Position numbers and translations under genes: made by a program. A stretch of 64,000 bases of DNA from Eledone cirrhosa (lineage: Eukaryota): NCBI GenBank assembly GCA_964016885.1, contig OZ024741.1:180296001-180360000 (forward strand), given 5' to 3'. This document shows positions 1-11,400 of this stretch, piece by piece. How positions within the stretch are numbered: the first letter of the stretch is position 1; every line of letters begins with the position of its first letter. Below the pieces are notes generated by a model, which saw only the letters and a program-made list of their open reading frames with translations, was not told the origin of the DNA and made no database searches.

Positions 1-131
1 ATAATAAGGCAATGACCATACTGGGGCACAGTCTTCAAGGGATTTTAGTCGATCATATCGGCCCCAGTATTTTATTTTTTCAAGTTTGATGTTTATTTTG
101 TAGAACCGTACATAGACAAACAGTAAACGTG

Positions 132-132
<1 letters not shown>

Positions 133-176
<44 letters not shown>

Positions 177-186
177 CACACACACA

Positions 187-270
<84 letters not shown>
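133..270. repeat. (CA)n/(CT)n microsatellite
   Basis: Direct reading; the VCVCVC ORF at 80..277 is an artefact of this repeat. Confidence 0.95.
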
Positions 271-272
<2 letters not shown>

Positions 273-637
273 TACATGTATAAATTTATTTATTCAACTT
301 TTTAGCAAAAGGAGCTTTGCTAAAATATCATAGCTATGCTGTAAGAAACTGAATAAATAAAATTATATGTATACTGGAAAAAATGAAACGAAATTTCATT
401 TCTCACTCTTAGTACGGCTGTTACTTAAATATAAGTATGTATACGTACATACATATATGTATACAGACGTACAGTAGTATGTATATATATACATACATGC
501 ACACATATATATATGTACGTATGGATTCACCGAACATTTATTATAATGCTCGGTTTGTTTGTAAACAAACATCCCGAATTAAGCCGTACAGTGTTTAGCA
601 ACCATCGTTGCCCTTTTGTTCAACACTGACAAAGGAA

Positions 638-678
638 CGATGTACTAGTTTCAAGCTTATTAGCTATCGTCAGCACCG
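638..678 (-). ncRNA. Minimal type-I hammerhead ribozyme motif at the 3' end of a Penelope-like element fragment
   Basis: Minus strand reads cggtg-CTGACGA-tAGCTaataAGCTt-GAA-ACTAGT-A-catcg. This gives a 5-bp stem I, a 4-bp stem II, a palindromic stem III and a GUA cleavage triplet. The upstream minus ORF (IYLQRKAELNIDNG) resembles a PLE GIY-YIG C-terminus. Confidence 0.75.
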
Positions 679-1804
679 TATACCTTCCTGCCAGATGATT
701 GAACGTCTGAAAGTATATACTTTCCTTATGCATATTAACGTATACTCCATTATCAATATTGAGTTCTGCCTTTCTTTGTAGATAAATAAAATCACTAAAT
801 CTGAACATTATAAATATATGTGTGTGTCTGTATATGTGTGTCCCCGTGTATGTATGTATGTATGTATGTATGTATGTATGTATGTATGTATGTATGTATG
901 TATGTATGTATGTATGTGTTATGTATGTATATGCATGTGTATGTATATGCGCGGGGACAGAAATAATCTGGCTGGATACCCGATCGCGTGGTTAAACCAC
1001 GTGAGTGAAGGACCCCTTTGTCAGGGCATTCTTCTAGGAGAAGGCAACTCAGGAAACTGAGATAACTCCGACATAAAACCTGCGGCTCAGTAGTTACCGA
1101 TGATGTTGATCTCTTCTTCTTTTCGGGTTATAGCTACTATTGCTCAGAGAGTGGGATTGGCTCAGTACACAGTCTTTCCTCACTTTAAAAAAATCTTTAG
1201 GCACAGGCATTGCACTATAGCATTAATTGATAATTATCAATAATGTTATATCGTGCAATGGCAATACTCGATAACGAGGTATGTATAGTGGGTTGTGTAG
1301 TGGTTGTAGTTGCATGCTGTTGAAGGCAATGTTACGTAAGTGAGAAAGGAGGACGAAGAGAAACGAGAAGGTTAGACGTGAGGTAAGAAGAGTGAGCTAA
1401 AGGGAGCTGGGAAGAATTAGAACAAAATAAACGAGACAAAACTTGTTTAAAACAGAACGTTTTTGTGTTTTATTGTTTGTTTAGATGAAGCTAAAAATGT
1501 GTATTGATGAAGTAAAAGTGGAAAGTGTGAGTTAAAGTTAGAATTAAAATTAGTATATTTACAGTGAAAAGACATGTGGCTGCAGACGACAAGCCTTGTT
1601 GCTATGTTAGTATGGGTTAGTTACTTGTTAGGGGCGCTTTAGGATCTAAAATCTTTCTCCAGATTTGGTCATTCTTGGCTTGGCAAATGCATCACCAGTT
1701 AGAGTATGTGTACGTATGTTTCCATGAGTCCAAGCCACTCCGACGGTTTAGGGTAAGCTCCCGCTCCCTAAATAAAATGCGGCACCGCTATTCGGAAGCT
1801 TATC

Positions 1805-1914
<110 letters not shown>

Positions 1915-1996
1915 AATATAATCACTTATTTCCTAATGTTTGTTGAGTGAGTTAGAATTTGGCCGGAATATCGATAAAAAGCTTTCTCCGATATTG

Positions 1997-2059
<63 letters not shown>

Positions 2060-2350
2060 TGTAAAAACGTTGATGTAATTCAATTCGAGAACTCAACGTG
2101 CATTTTCCACATAGGAGTAATTAATTTTGGATTACCTCCTAGATTGTAACCTTATTATGTAAGAAGCTGTCTGAAGAGATCATGGCAGTGGATTCTACGC
2201 TAAACTACGTAGTCAATTTCATCATCGAAGTATGTATCATGGCCTTATCAATAAAGGTCTTTATCATCTAAACTTTGTATTTTCTTATAATTAAATCGAC
2301 CAGCCATCAATAACTCTTTTCAGATTGCTCTCTGAGCCCCTCTCCACGGC

Positions 2351-2390
2351 TTCTCTTGATAATGGATGGTAAATCCGAAAGTATTTGGGA
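2351..2390 (+). ncRNA. Degenerate hammerhead motif with U3-A8 core variant
   Basis: ttctc-TTGATAA-tGGATggtaaATCC-GAA-AGTATT-T-ggga. Stems I and II pair and stem III is near-palindromic. Confidence 0.4.
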
Positions 2391-3012
2391 TCATTAAAAT
2401 TGCTACGGTAAAATTCTATCGTTCTCACACTTTTCTTTTATCCTATTTTCTCTAATTCCTATTACCTAGGTACTTATAATCTCACACGCATTGTCGGGCT
2501 TCCAAATAATTAAACTTATTTCCTAGTTAAATTTGTATATGTATATATATATATATATATATAATTCGCAAGAATCAAAGCTATGTTCAAAGCATTTATT
2601 CACTTACAATTGTTTCATCCAAACCTAGGCTTGGAGTCTTCGGAGCATTTTTCAATGTTTGCACATATAATTGACCTCCTTTCCGACGCAAGAGACATAC
2701 AGATACATATATATATATATATATATTGATGTACAGTGGAGTGACATATATTACACTATACTATTTTTGTACAGCAATTCAAATTCAAGATCAAAATCAA
2801 AATCAAAATTAAAATTAAAATACATGCTTTGAACATAGCTTTGATTCTTGTGAATTCTATATAACTGCTCTGTAGAACAACTGATGTTATTACATTGAGC
2901 TATTATCTTACTGGTAATAAGGTAGTAATAAATTACTGACCTTCACTGTTTAAGGTTTAAAATATACATAACTATAAAAAGTTTAAAATATACATAACTA
3001 TAAATAGTATCC

Positions 3013-3080
<68 letters not shown>

Positions 3081-3130
3081 ATGTGATGTTGACGAACGCT
3101 AAAATGAGTACCGAGGTGAAGTTTAATAAT

Positions 3131-3311
3131 TGTTTCTACTTTTGCCACAAGGCCACCAATTATCCAGTGCATTACTGGTACTTCATTTTATCGACCCCGT
3201 AAAGATGAAAGGCAAAGTTAACCTCGGCGGGATTTGAACTCAGAATGGCAAGGACTGTAACTCTATGCGTCAAAGCATGGTGTCTGACCCTCTACCGATA
3301 CTATCAATCCA
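3131..3311 (-). mobile_element. tRNA-derived SINE (abundant octopus-type family)
   Basis: Reverse complement of the core gagttcaaatcccgccgaggttaactttgcctttcatc...gtcgataaaat..agtaccagt seen many times in the window. Confidence 0.75.
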
Positions 3312-4887
3312 TTGGCTAAGTGATGAATCTTGACACACTGGAGGTTTACCAGTGCATTCACAGGATCATCAGGCAAGAATCTTGTTTAATGGTCTTGTGA
3401 AACTCCAGAATAACAAGACTCATCACTTAGCCATAATAAAGAATGTTATATCTATGAGTATTCTGCTTAGTCAGTGCATGAATTTAAGCCGTTTTAGAAC
3501 GTAACTCGTGCTGATGTGAATACTCAATCGATACAGAGTGCCATCCGCTTTTGTGGTACGATGATCCTCTCATGTTTTATTAAGTATTAGGAGTTAGACT
3601 TGTTATTAGTTCCAACTCTGCTCAATTTTGCCTTTCATTATTTTGGGGTCGATAAAATAAAGTCCAGGCTGGTGGATTGGCAGAATCATTATGAGCGCCC
3701 GACCACCACCAACAACAACAACGTGTGATATCCGCTGATCGGTATCATCTCTTTATTCCGCTGTACATGTTCCTTTAGAATTTGGAGAGATTTTGTCCTG
3801 TATTTGAATACATTATATTTAACTCAAAAATAAAGAGTTTAAGGCATTGAGATAGCCAAACACCCTCACGAAAATTATATGACAGGTGCAATGTGTCCGA
3901 ACACAGAAGAGCCGAACTCCCACCGTCATCTCTCTGCATAGTGAGCAAATGGGGTCCCACGTGCTGGCCGACCCACAGCCCCGGCGGATAGAATGGAGAA
4001 GACGTTTCCCGGGAGGATGGTAAGGGAGATGCGCTGGAAGAGCCATTCCAACCCTTTAGCATTTAAACCAGCCGTATCTGGCCAAAGTTCTCTCACCTCT
4101 TTCTGTTCAAGCCAGATGTGACAAGCCGCTTATACTGATGTTAAAGTATTGTTCTCAAAATAAATGATATCAAAATCTCGTAGATTCGATATTATGTGAG
4201 ATAAAGCCTTTACCGTGAAAATATAATAGTAAATATAGAGTAATGTAAATACTAAAGGGTTAAACGCATTCTGTATCCATTGTTATCTCCCTTGCATCGT
4301 CTGGTAGGATATATTTACGAAAATTCAATAAAAATTTAATTTAATATTATTTTTAATAATTTCATAATTTTAACTTATATCATTCAAAATTATTATTTCT
4401 AGGCATTACTTCTTTTGGGGCATTATTTCTTTCATTATACGCAGTGTTCTACATAAATATTGATTATATACATATATGTACTAGCCTAGTACCCGTCAAA
4501 AATAACACACAGAAACACATACATATATATACATATACACACTTGCAAACATAAACATAGACACGTGCTCTCGCACACATATATATGAGTGTGTGTGTAT
4601 GTATATACATACACATATATATATATATATCATCATCATCGTTTAACGTCTATTTTCCATGCTAGCATGGGTTAGACATGCTGTCCCGTTTGAGGGAAGT
4701 CGAGTCAGGTGACCGTGTCTTGCTCATACAGAACTGTTTCTGGCTTCGTCCCTATGGTTGGATGCCCTTCCTAACGCCAACCACATTTACAGTGTGTGCT
4801 GGGTGCTTTACTGAGACAAGAGAATATCATGGTGGGCTGCCCCTTATAGAAGATTTATGAAGAAAGAACATCTATCCATTATTTGGC

Positions 4888-5080
4888 GCGGGCATGGATC
4901 GGCAGTATCGGTAGAGGGTCGGACGCCATGCTTTGCAGCAAAGAGTTACGGCCCTTTATGATCTGAGTTCAAATCCCGCCGAGGTTAACTTTGCCTTTCA
5001 TCCTTACGGGGTCGATAAAATAAAGTACCAGTAATGCACTGGGATAATTGCTGGCCTTGTGCCAAAAGTAGAAATAATAA
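4888..5080 (+). mobile_element. tRNA-derived SINE (same family)
   Basis: A-box-like ggcagtatcgg and B-box-like gagttcaaatcc; near-identical to copies at 14317 and 38807. Confidence 0.8.
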
Positions 5081-5455
5081 TTATTTGGCACGGGCATGGC
5101 TATGTAGTTAAGTGGTTCACTTCACAACCACATGTTTCGGGTTCATCACACAGTGTGGCACCTTTAGGCAAGTATCTTCTACTATAACCCTAAGTTTACT
5201 AATGTCTTGTAAGTGGAAATTGCAGAAGAAGCCTGTCACATATATATATATATATAAGAAGAAGCCTGTCACAATATATATATATATAAGACATCATCAT
5301 CGTTTACGTCCATTTTCCATGCTAGCATGAACACACGCACACACATATATATAACTGCTAAGTTATGGAACATAAGAACATAAACATAGACAAACAGATA
5401 CACATACTCACAAATATATAATGTATGTATATATGTATATATATATATATATATA

Positions 5456-6756
5456 CGAGGGGGGATCAAAAAGTTCACGGAATTTTTCAGAAAATAATCT
5501 ATTTTTCAAAAAATATGATTTACCTTCAATTTATTTTTCTACATAGTTGCCATCCAGGTCAATACACTTCACAAGGCGATGCTTCCAGCTTCGTAAGCCA
5601 TCTCTAAAGAAAGTTGAAGGCCTTGTTCGAAGCCATGTGTTGGCAGTGTTTTTAGCTTCTTCAACACCACTAAAACGGGTTCCTTTTAGCATTTCTTTGA
5701 GTTTTGGAAAAAGGAAAAAGTCTGATGGGTCTAAATCGACTATAAGGCGGGTGAGGAAGCACTTCCCATCGAAATTCTCGAAGAACTTCTTTTGCAACCC
5801 GCGCTGGTTCATTGTCATGGTGAAACAAGATCCCACCATGAAGTTTTCCTTTACGTTTCTTGACTAATGCCTCTTTCAGCTTCCTTAAAACATTTGCATA
5901 GTAAGCTCCTGTCACAGTTCTTTGACCGTCAAGATAATCTATTCGTATCACCCCATCTGAATCCCAGAAAATGGTGGCCATCACTTTTTGATCCGGCTTT
6001 TGAGATTTGAACTTGATTGGCCCCGATGATCCACGTGGAAGCCACTGTTTTGACTGCTGTTTGGATTCAGGATCATACTGGTAGATCCAGGTTTCATCTC
6101 CGGTGATGATTCTGGTCAGGAAATGCTCTTCATCAACTTCAATTTTGTTTAATATCGCCAAAGACAGATCACTTCGAAGAATCAGCTGATCAGGGTGCAA
6201 CGCTTTTGGGACCCATCGCGCTGAAAGCTTTCTTAGTCCAAAATTATCGTGCAGAATTGAATTTGCCAAACCAAACCATATGAAATGTCTAGGGACTTAA
6301 CTAACTGATTAACTGTTATTCTTCGATCTTCTTCAATTAAAGTCTGAGCAGCCTCAACGTTTTGGTCATTTTTTGATGTTCCTGGTCTTCCACTGCAATG
6401 GTCGTCTTCAAGGTCGTCTCTCCCTTGTTTGAATCGCTGAATCCACTTGTAGACAGCAGTTTTCTTTGGAGCAGTAGTACTGTAAACTTTAACTAAAGCC
6501 TCCATAATCTGTTTCCCTTTCCATTTGAGTTTCACCAGAAACTTGATATTCGATCTTATCTCAAAATAACTATTTTCCATTGTTCCAAAAAGAGGTTTTT
6601 TAAAGAGTGTCAGTACTGTACAATAGTCTGCGCATAACTGACTAATAGCAAGGTAAACACCCAGTGACAATGTTCTGACATGTTTAATATTGTTTTAACC
6701 TGATTTTTTTTCTTGCTATGATAAAATTCCGCGAACTTCTTTTTGATCCCCCCTCG
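5456..6756 (-). mobile_element. Full-length mariner (DD34D) DNA transposon, about 1.3 kb
   Basis: TIRs CGAGGGGGGATCAAAAAG(AAG)TTCRCGGAATTTT at both ends, flanked by TA and inserted in (TA)n; internal transposase remnants. Confidence 0.93.
5531..6580 (-). pseudogene. Mariner transposase, frameshifted into three pieces
   Basis: ORF pieces give MENSYFEIRSNIKF (HTH region), WVPKAL, ITGDETW, HHDNEPA and HPPYS/DLDPSDFFLF, i.e. the mariner motifs broken by frameshifts. Confidence 0.9.
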
Positions 6757-6810
6757 TATATATATATGAGTGTGTGTGTGTGTGTGTATATATATGTGTG
6801 TGTGTGTGAA

Positions 6811-7203
6811 GGCGCATGGCTTAGTGGTTAGAGCATTGGGCTTTCAATCGAAAGGTTGTGAGTTCAATTCTCGGACCGGGTGATGTGTTGTTTCCTTGAG
6901 CAAGACACTTTATTTCACATTGCTCCAGTTTACTCAGCTGTAGAAATAAGATGATAGGGACTGGGGTCCCTATCATTCCACTGCAAAGTGGTCGTGGAGG
7001 TGCCACGGCAAAAAAGCACCCAACACTCACTGTAAATGAGGTTGGTGTTAGGAAGGGCATCCAGCTGTAGAAATCAAGCCAGAATCAGTTCCTGTATGAG
7101 CAAGACAAGGTCAGCCGACCGGACATTGCCCACAACAGGACAACCTGTCTAACCCAAGCTAGCGTGGAATAACGGACGTAAAAACGGTGATGACGATGAT
7201 GAT
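6811..7203 (+). mobile_element. tRNA-head SINE with RTE-derived 3' tail
   Basis: Head ggcgcatggcttagtggttagagc...gagttcaattc. The tail taggaagggcatccagctgtagaaa...ggacgt..aaacggtgatgacgatgat is shared with the RTE 3' UTR. A near-identical copy lies at 62031. Confidence 0.8.
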
Positions 7204-8241
7204 ATATATATATATACACATACATACATATATATATATATATGTCAATGTCTATGTTTATGTTCTTATGTTCCATAACTTAGCAGTTAAATATAATAAA
7301 TACTTAATGCAAAAAAAATGAGAACTGGATATAATCGATTAATCAATTAAGCATGGCCATGGTTAAATGATGGAAACCAGTAAAAGAATAAGAGAATAAA
7401 AGAATTAATTTGGTATAGGTGATCCCCAATTTTCTTTAAAAAGCACAAACAGGTTCAAATTTACAATAACTGCTATTTATTGATTAGAAATCATTACAGT
7501 TTTGCATAATAAAAAGAAACAATTTTTTTACAAAGATATTTCAAATAGTTTGTATAATGAAAGATCAGTAACAAAATTTTCTGACTCTCTCTCTCTTTCT
7601 CATTTCCATCTCTGTTATGAGGGGGTAATTTTATCATAGAAGAAATCTTCCTCTCATTTAGGATATTTCAAAATACAAAAACAGGGGTTGATGCCATCAA
7701 TATTAACCCTTTCTTGACCATATTTCTGATGAAATAGATACTATTTCAATTGATTAACTCTTAACATCATGAAAATATCTTAAAATAGGTTTGTTTATAG
7801 TATTTCATTAGTGAAAAGATTGTTGTAAAAGTTGCAGTAAACTAAAGTAGAGATATGATTTTTTAATGTTATGGAGTCATGGTGTGTTTTATACTTGCTA
7901 ATGTTGTTTCAGGATATTACAAGTAAATGAAGAATTTTGAGGGATTAACTACAATTATTAATTATCTCATTACTATAAAATTCTGTTGAAAGATTTTAAT
8001 CTAAATAGGAACCTGGGTGGTTTTATTTCATTGAGTCAGAGCTAGTTTTGGCCAAGTTAGTATTACAAGGGTTAAATGATTCTTTCAGTTACATTTCATA
8101 TTTCACAAGATTTAAGAACACAATAATTTGTGAGTACTATCTTCAACTATTCAACCAGAATAGCAGTCAGTGACAATTCACACAAAAAAAAACCCAATAG
8201 CATGAAGTAATACAAGGGCCAACACTAAAACTAAATATGCC

Positions 8242-8325
8242 CTAAGAGTTCTGTTTTGCCATTTTTTCCCACTCTGCAATTCGTTTCTCTTCAACAACTC
8301 TTTTCAGCTTTTCAAAGCTTTGTCT
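8242..8325 (-). CDS. PET100: PET100 exon 4 (RQSFEKLKRVVEEKRIAEWEKMAKQNS*)
   Basis: Acceptor tatttacAG, in frame, TAG stop at 8244-8242. Confidence 0.85.
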   Translation of the reverse strand, partial: RQSFEKLKRVVEEKRIAEWEKMAKQNS

Positions 8326-8405
8326 CTGTAAATACAAATATATATTTCTATAAAACATATTTATGCAGAAGACAGCTTATATTTTAAAATATACAAACAT
8401 TTATG

Positions 8406-8439
<34 letters not shown>

Positions 8440-11400
8440 ACTGTGCACACGCGTGTGTGTAAAAGATAAACAGAAATAACAACACAATTGGCACAGTATA
8501 TGGAAGGAATATATTAGGTTAACGCTTGAAATAGCAGGAAGAGGGTCTTAACGTTTCAGACGCTAGTTCTTCATCAGAAGAAAGAATGAGAAATAAGATA
8601 GATTGAAGGGATAGGCAGGATACTATAGTCATGCAAGCTTTTTTTGAAACTATCATATAATAGACATCACACTGCTCAGCCTGTTATCCTCTATTCTCAC
8701 CTTTTCTACACCTCAGTCTCATGCTTCTTAGTCTGCATGTTGGACCACAGTCCTTATTATTCTCTTGTTTTACTATTTCTCTCCTTTCTATATATTTTTC
8801 TCCTTTAGTTAAGCCCTCGCACACTGTTCTTACTCTTCTTTGTCAGTTGATGCACTTGGGGTGTTTTTTCTTCTATATTTGTGTAATTCACCTAAGCATA
8901 ACTTTACTCTACCTGTTTTGTTGTGTCCCAATGTGCACTGGAATGAATGGTATCAACTTTAATTTACTGAAACTGTAGTGATTTCCAGAGGTTTACTGAA
9001 GAGGCAGAACTGACTGACTTGCCATTGCTTTTTCCATTCTTTGTCCGTTGCGCCCTCTATTTTGAATTCATATTCTAAAGACTTAGTCATGCGGGCTTTT
9101 TTTGAAATTATCATATAATAGACATCACACCGCTCAGCCTGTTATCCTCTATTCTCCCTTCTTACCGTTTCTACATCTCAGTGTCATTCTTCTTTGTCTG
9201 CACATTGGACTAGAATCCTTATTATTCTCTTCTGTTTTACTATTTCTCTCCTTTCTATATTTTTTCTCCTTTCGTTAAGCCCTCATACACTGTTCTCTCC
9301 CTTCTTTGTCAATTGATACACATAGGATGCTTTTTCTTCTATATTTGTGTAATTCACCTAAGCATAACTTGTCTCTACCTGTTTTGTTGTGTGCACTGGA
9401 ATGAATGGTATCGACTTTAATTACCAAAACCATAGTGATTTCCAGAGGTTGACTGAGGAAATGAGACTGACTATCATTCCATTATTTTTTCCGTGGACTT
9501 AGTCATGTAGGCTTTTTTTGAAACTATATATATATATATATAATAAATAGGGACGAGGTGTCAATTTATCATTAAGTTTAATCAGGTGTGATGTGTGTTT
9601 CGTGATTAATCAGCTCAAGGTTTGATCTCTATCGATCGGGTCTGACTCTGGGATCAAAAGCTAATCAGGCATCTGTTTGTTTAATGACTGAATGTTTCAA
9701 GTACTGCTTTAGAAGATATCAATTCTCATGCACTTGGGGTGGTCAGTTGTTCTTTGTTTTGATTGGTTGTTTGAGGAAGAAAAGGAAAAATATGTGAAGG
9801 GTGGGAGAGGGGAAGGGAAGATGTAGAAAGAAAAAAGGGATTGAAAAAAATAAATGAATAGTGGAAGAGTCAAACATTTTGATAATGGACAGATTGGCAC
9901 ATATGTGGTGATATAAGGGGGTGGGGGTAAGATTTAAGAAATGATGAGAGACGATAACGAAGCAGAGGGAGGGGGACAAGGGACTAATAGGTAGAAAAAG
10001 AATGTATTTTGGGGGTCATTGAGGCAATAGACAAATGTACATAGCAGATAAAGATCAAACTTTGAGCTGATCAATAGTGAAATGTGCATCACACCTGAAT
10101 AAACTTAATGATAATTTGACACCTCGTCGCTACTTATAATTATTATTACACTCTTCTTAGTACAACCCCAAAGTACCTACTGGAAAGACGTAACGACACA
10201 TCAAGTGCTCAGTTTGATGAAGCAACAGTAACTTGACGTAACAATCCCTAAACTATATATATATATATATAGTTTAGGTTGTTTAGGGCATCCAGCCTTA
10301 GAAAGTTTGCCAAACATAAGTTAAGAGGACTCTTCAGTTTTAAAAAACAGCCTCCATAGTGTTGGTGATTTACATGATTAACGTGCCCTGTACACACTAG
10401 AAAGTGGTTGGTATTAGGAAGGACAGCTAGCTATAGAAAGCTTACAGGATACACACACAGAAACACACACGTGATATTTATAACTTACAATCCTGTTGTT
10501 GAAGTGTTACATATATGTACTTTTATTGTAATTTTAAGGTAAATATTTATAAATAAGCTTTTTATAACATGATATTGCAGGGAGATGTTTTTATTGTTGT
10601 TATTTTTTCATAGTGCACCAGATGTCACTGCTGACATGCATGTATATTATATGTCTACCATCACTGTCTTATGCCTTAAGGCTGTGTAAAAGGTGACAAA
10701 ACATTACAAGGGACGTAACTTGCAAGCATTTGCATCCTTAATCTTTTCTGTACCATATTTATAATGAAAGCCACTGTCTATAATTTTCAAATAATTTTGA
10801 AAATAATCAAGAATATGGAGGGATTAGTCAAATAACCATTTTTCTCATTACTTAAGCTGGTCTTTGGCATATAGCTTAAAACTTATTACATGAAATTACA
10901 ATAGAATGTTTTTATATATATATAAATACTTTAAATCTTTTCCTTGCCATATTTCTAATGATTTTTCAAATAATTTTTAAAATAATCAAGACTTTTAAGG
11001 ATTTACTAATATAACTTTCTCATTTTTAGGCTGGTGTTTGAAGCATAACTAAACAAAGGTTTTTACTTAATGTGGTTTGATCTCTAAAATTCTCCATATT
11101 TAAGCCTATAAAATTATGCTTGAATCACAATTTGTTTTAACTACAGCAAAAGCCCAGAAAAGCCCAATTTTTACAGAAATGAAGTATAACTGATAGAACT
11201 GACATTAGTATATTACTGGCTGTAGGAACCACTATGTGATCACTTGACTTACTAGAAATAGCAACCAAATCTTCTTTAAATTACACTGCTGCCATCTTAA
11301 ATAAAGAAAGGGCACATTAGATAATGTAGCCCTAAAACGATGGGAAGGTCACAACAGGAATGTCTTTTATTATATATCAGTTCTACCAGGGTTGACCTGA

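Noticed and set aside
6811-6885. tRNA-like sequence (also at 24142 and 62031)
   Set aside because: It is the head of a SINE with A/B boxes and continues into an RTE-derived tail; there is no complete cloverleaf.
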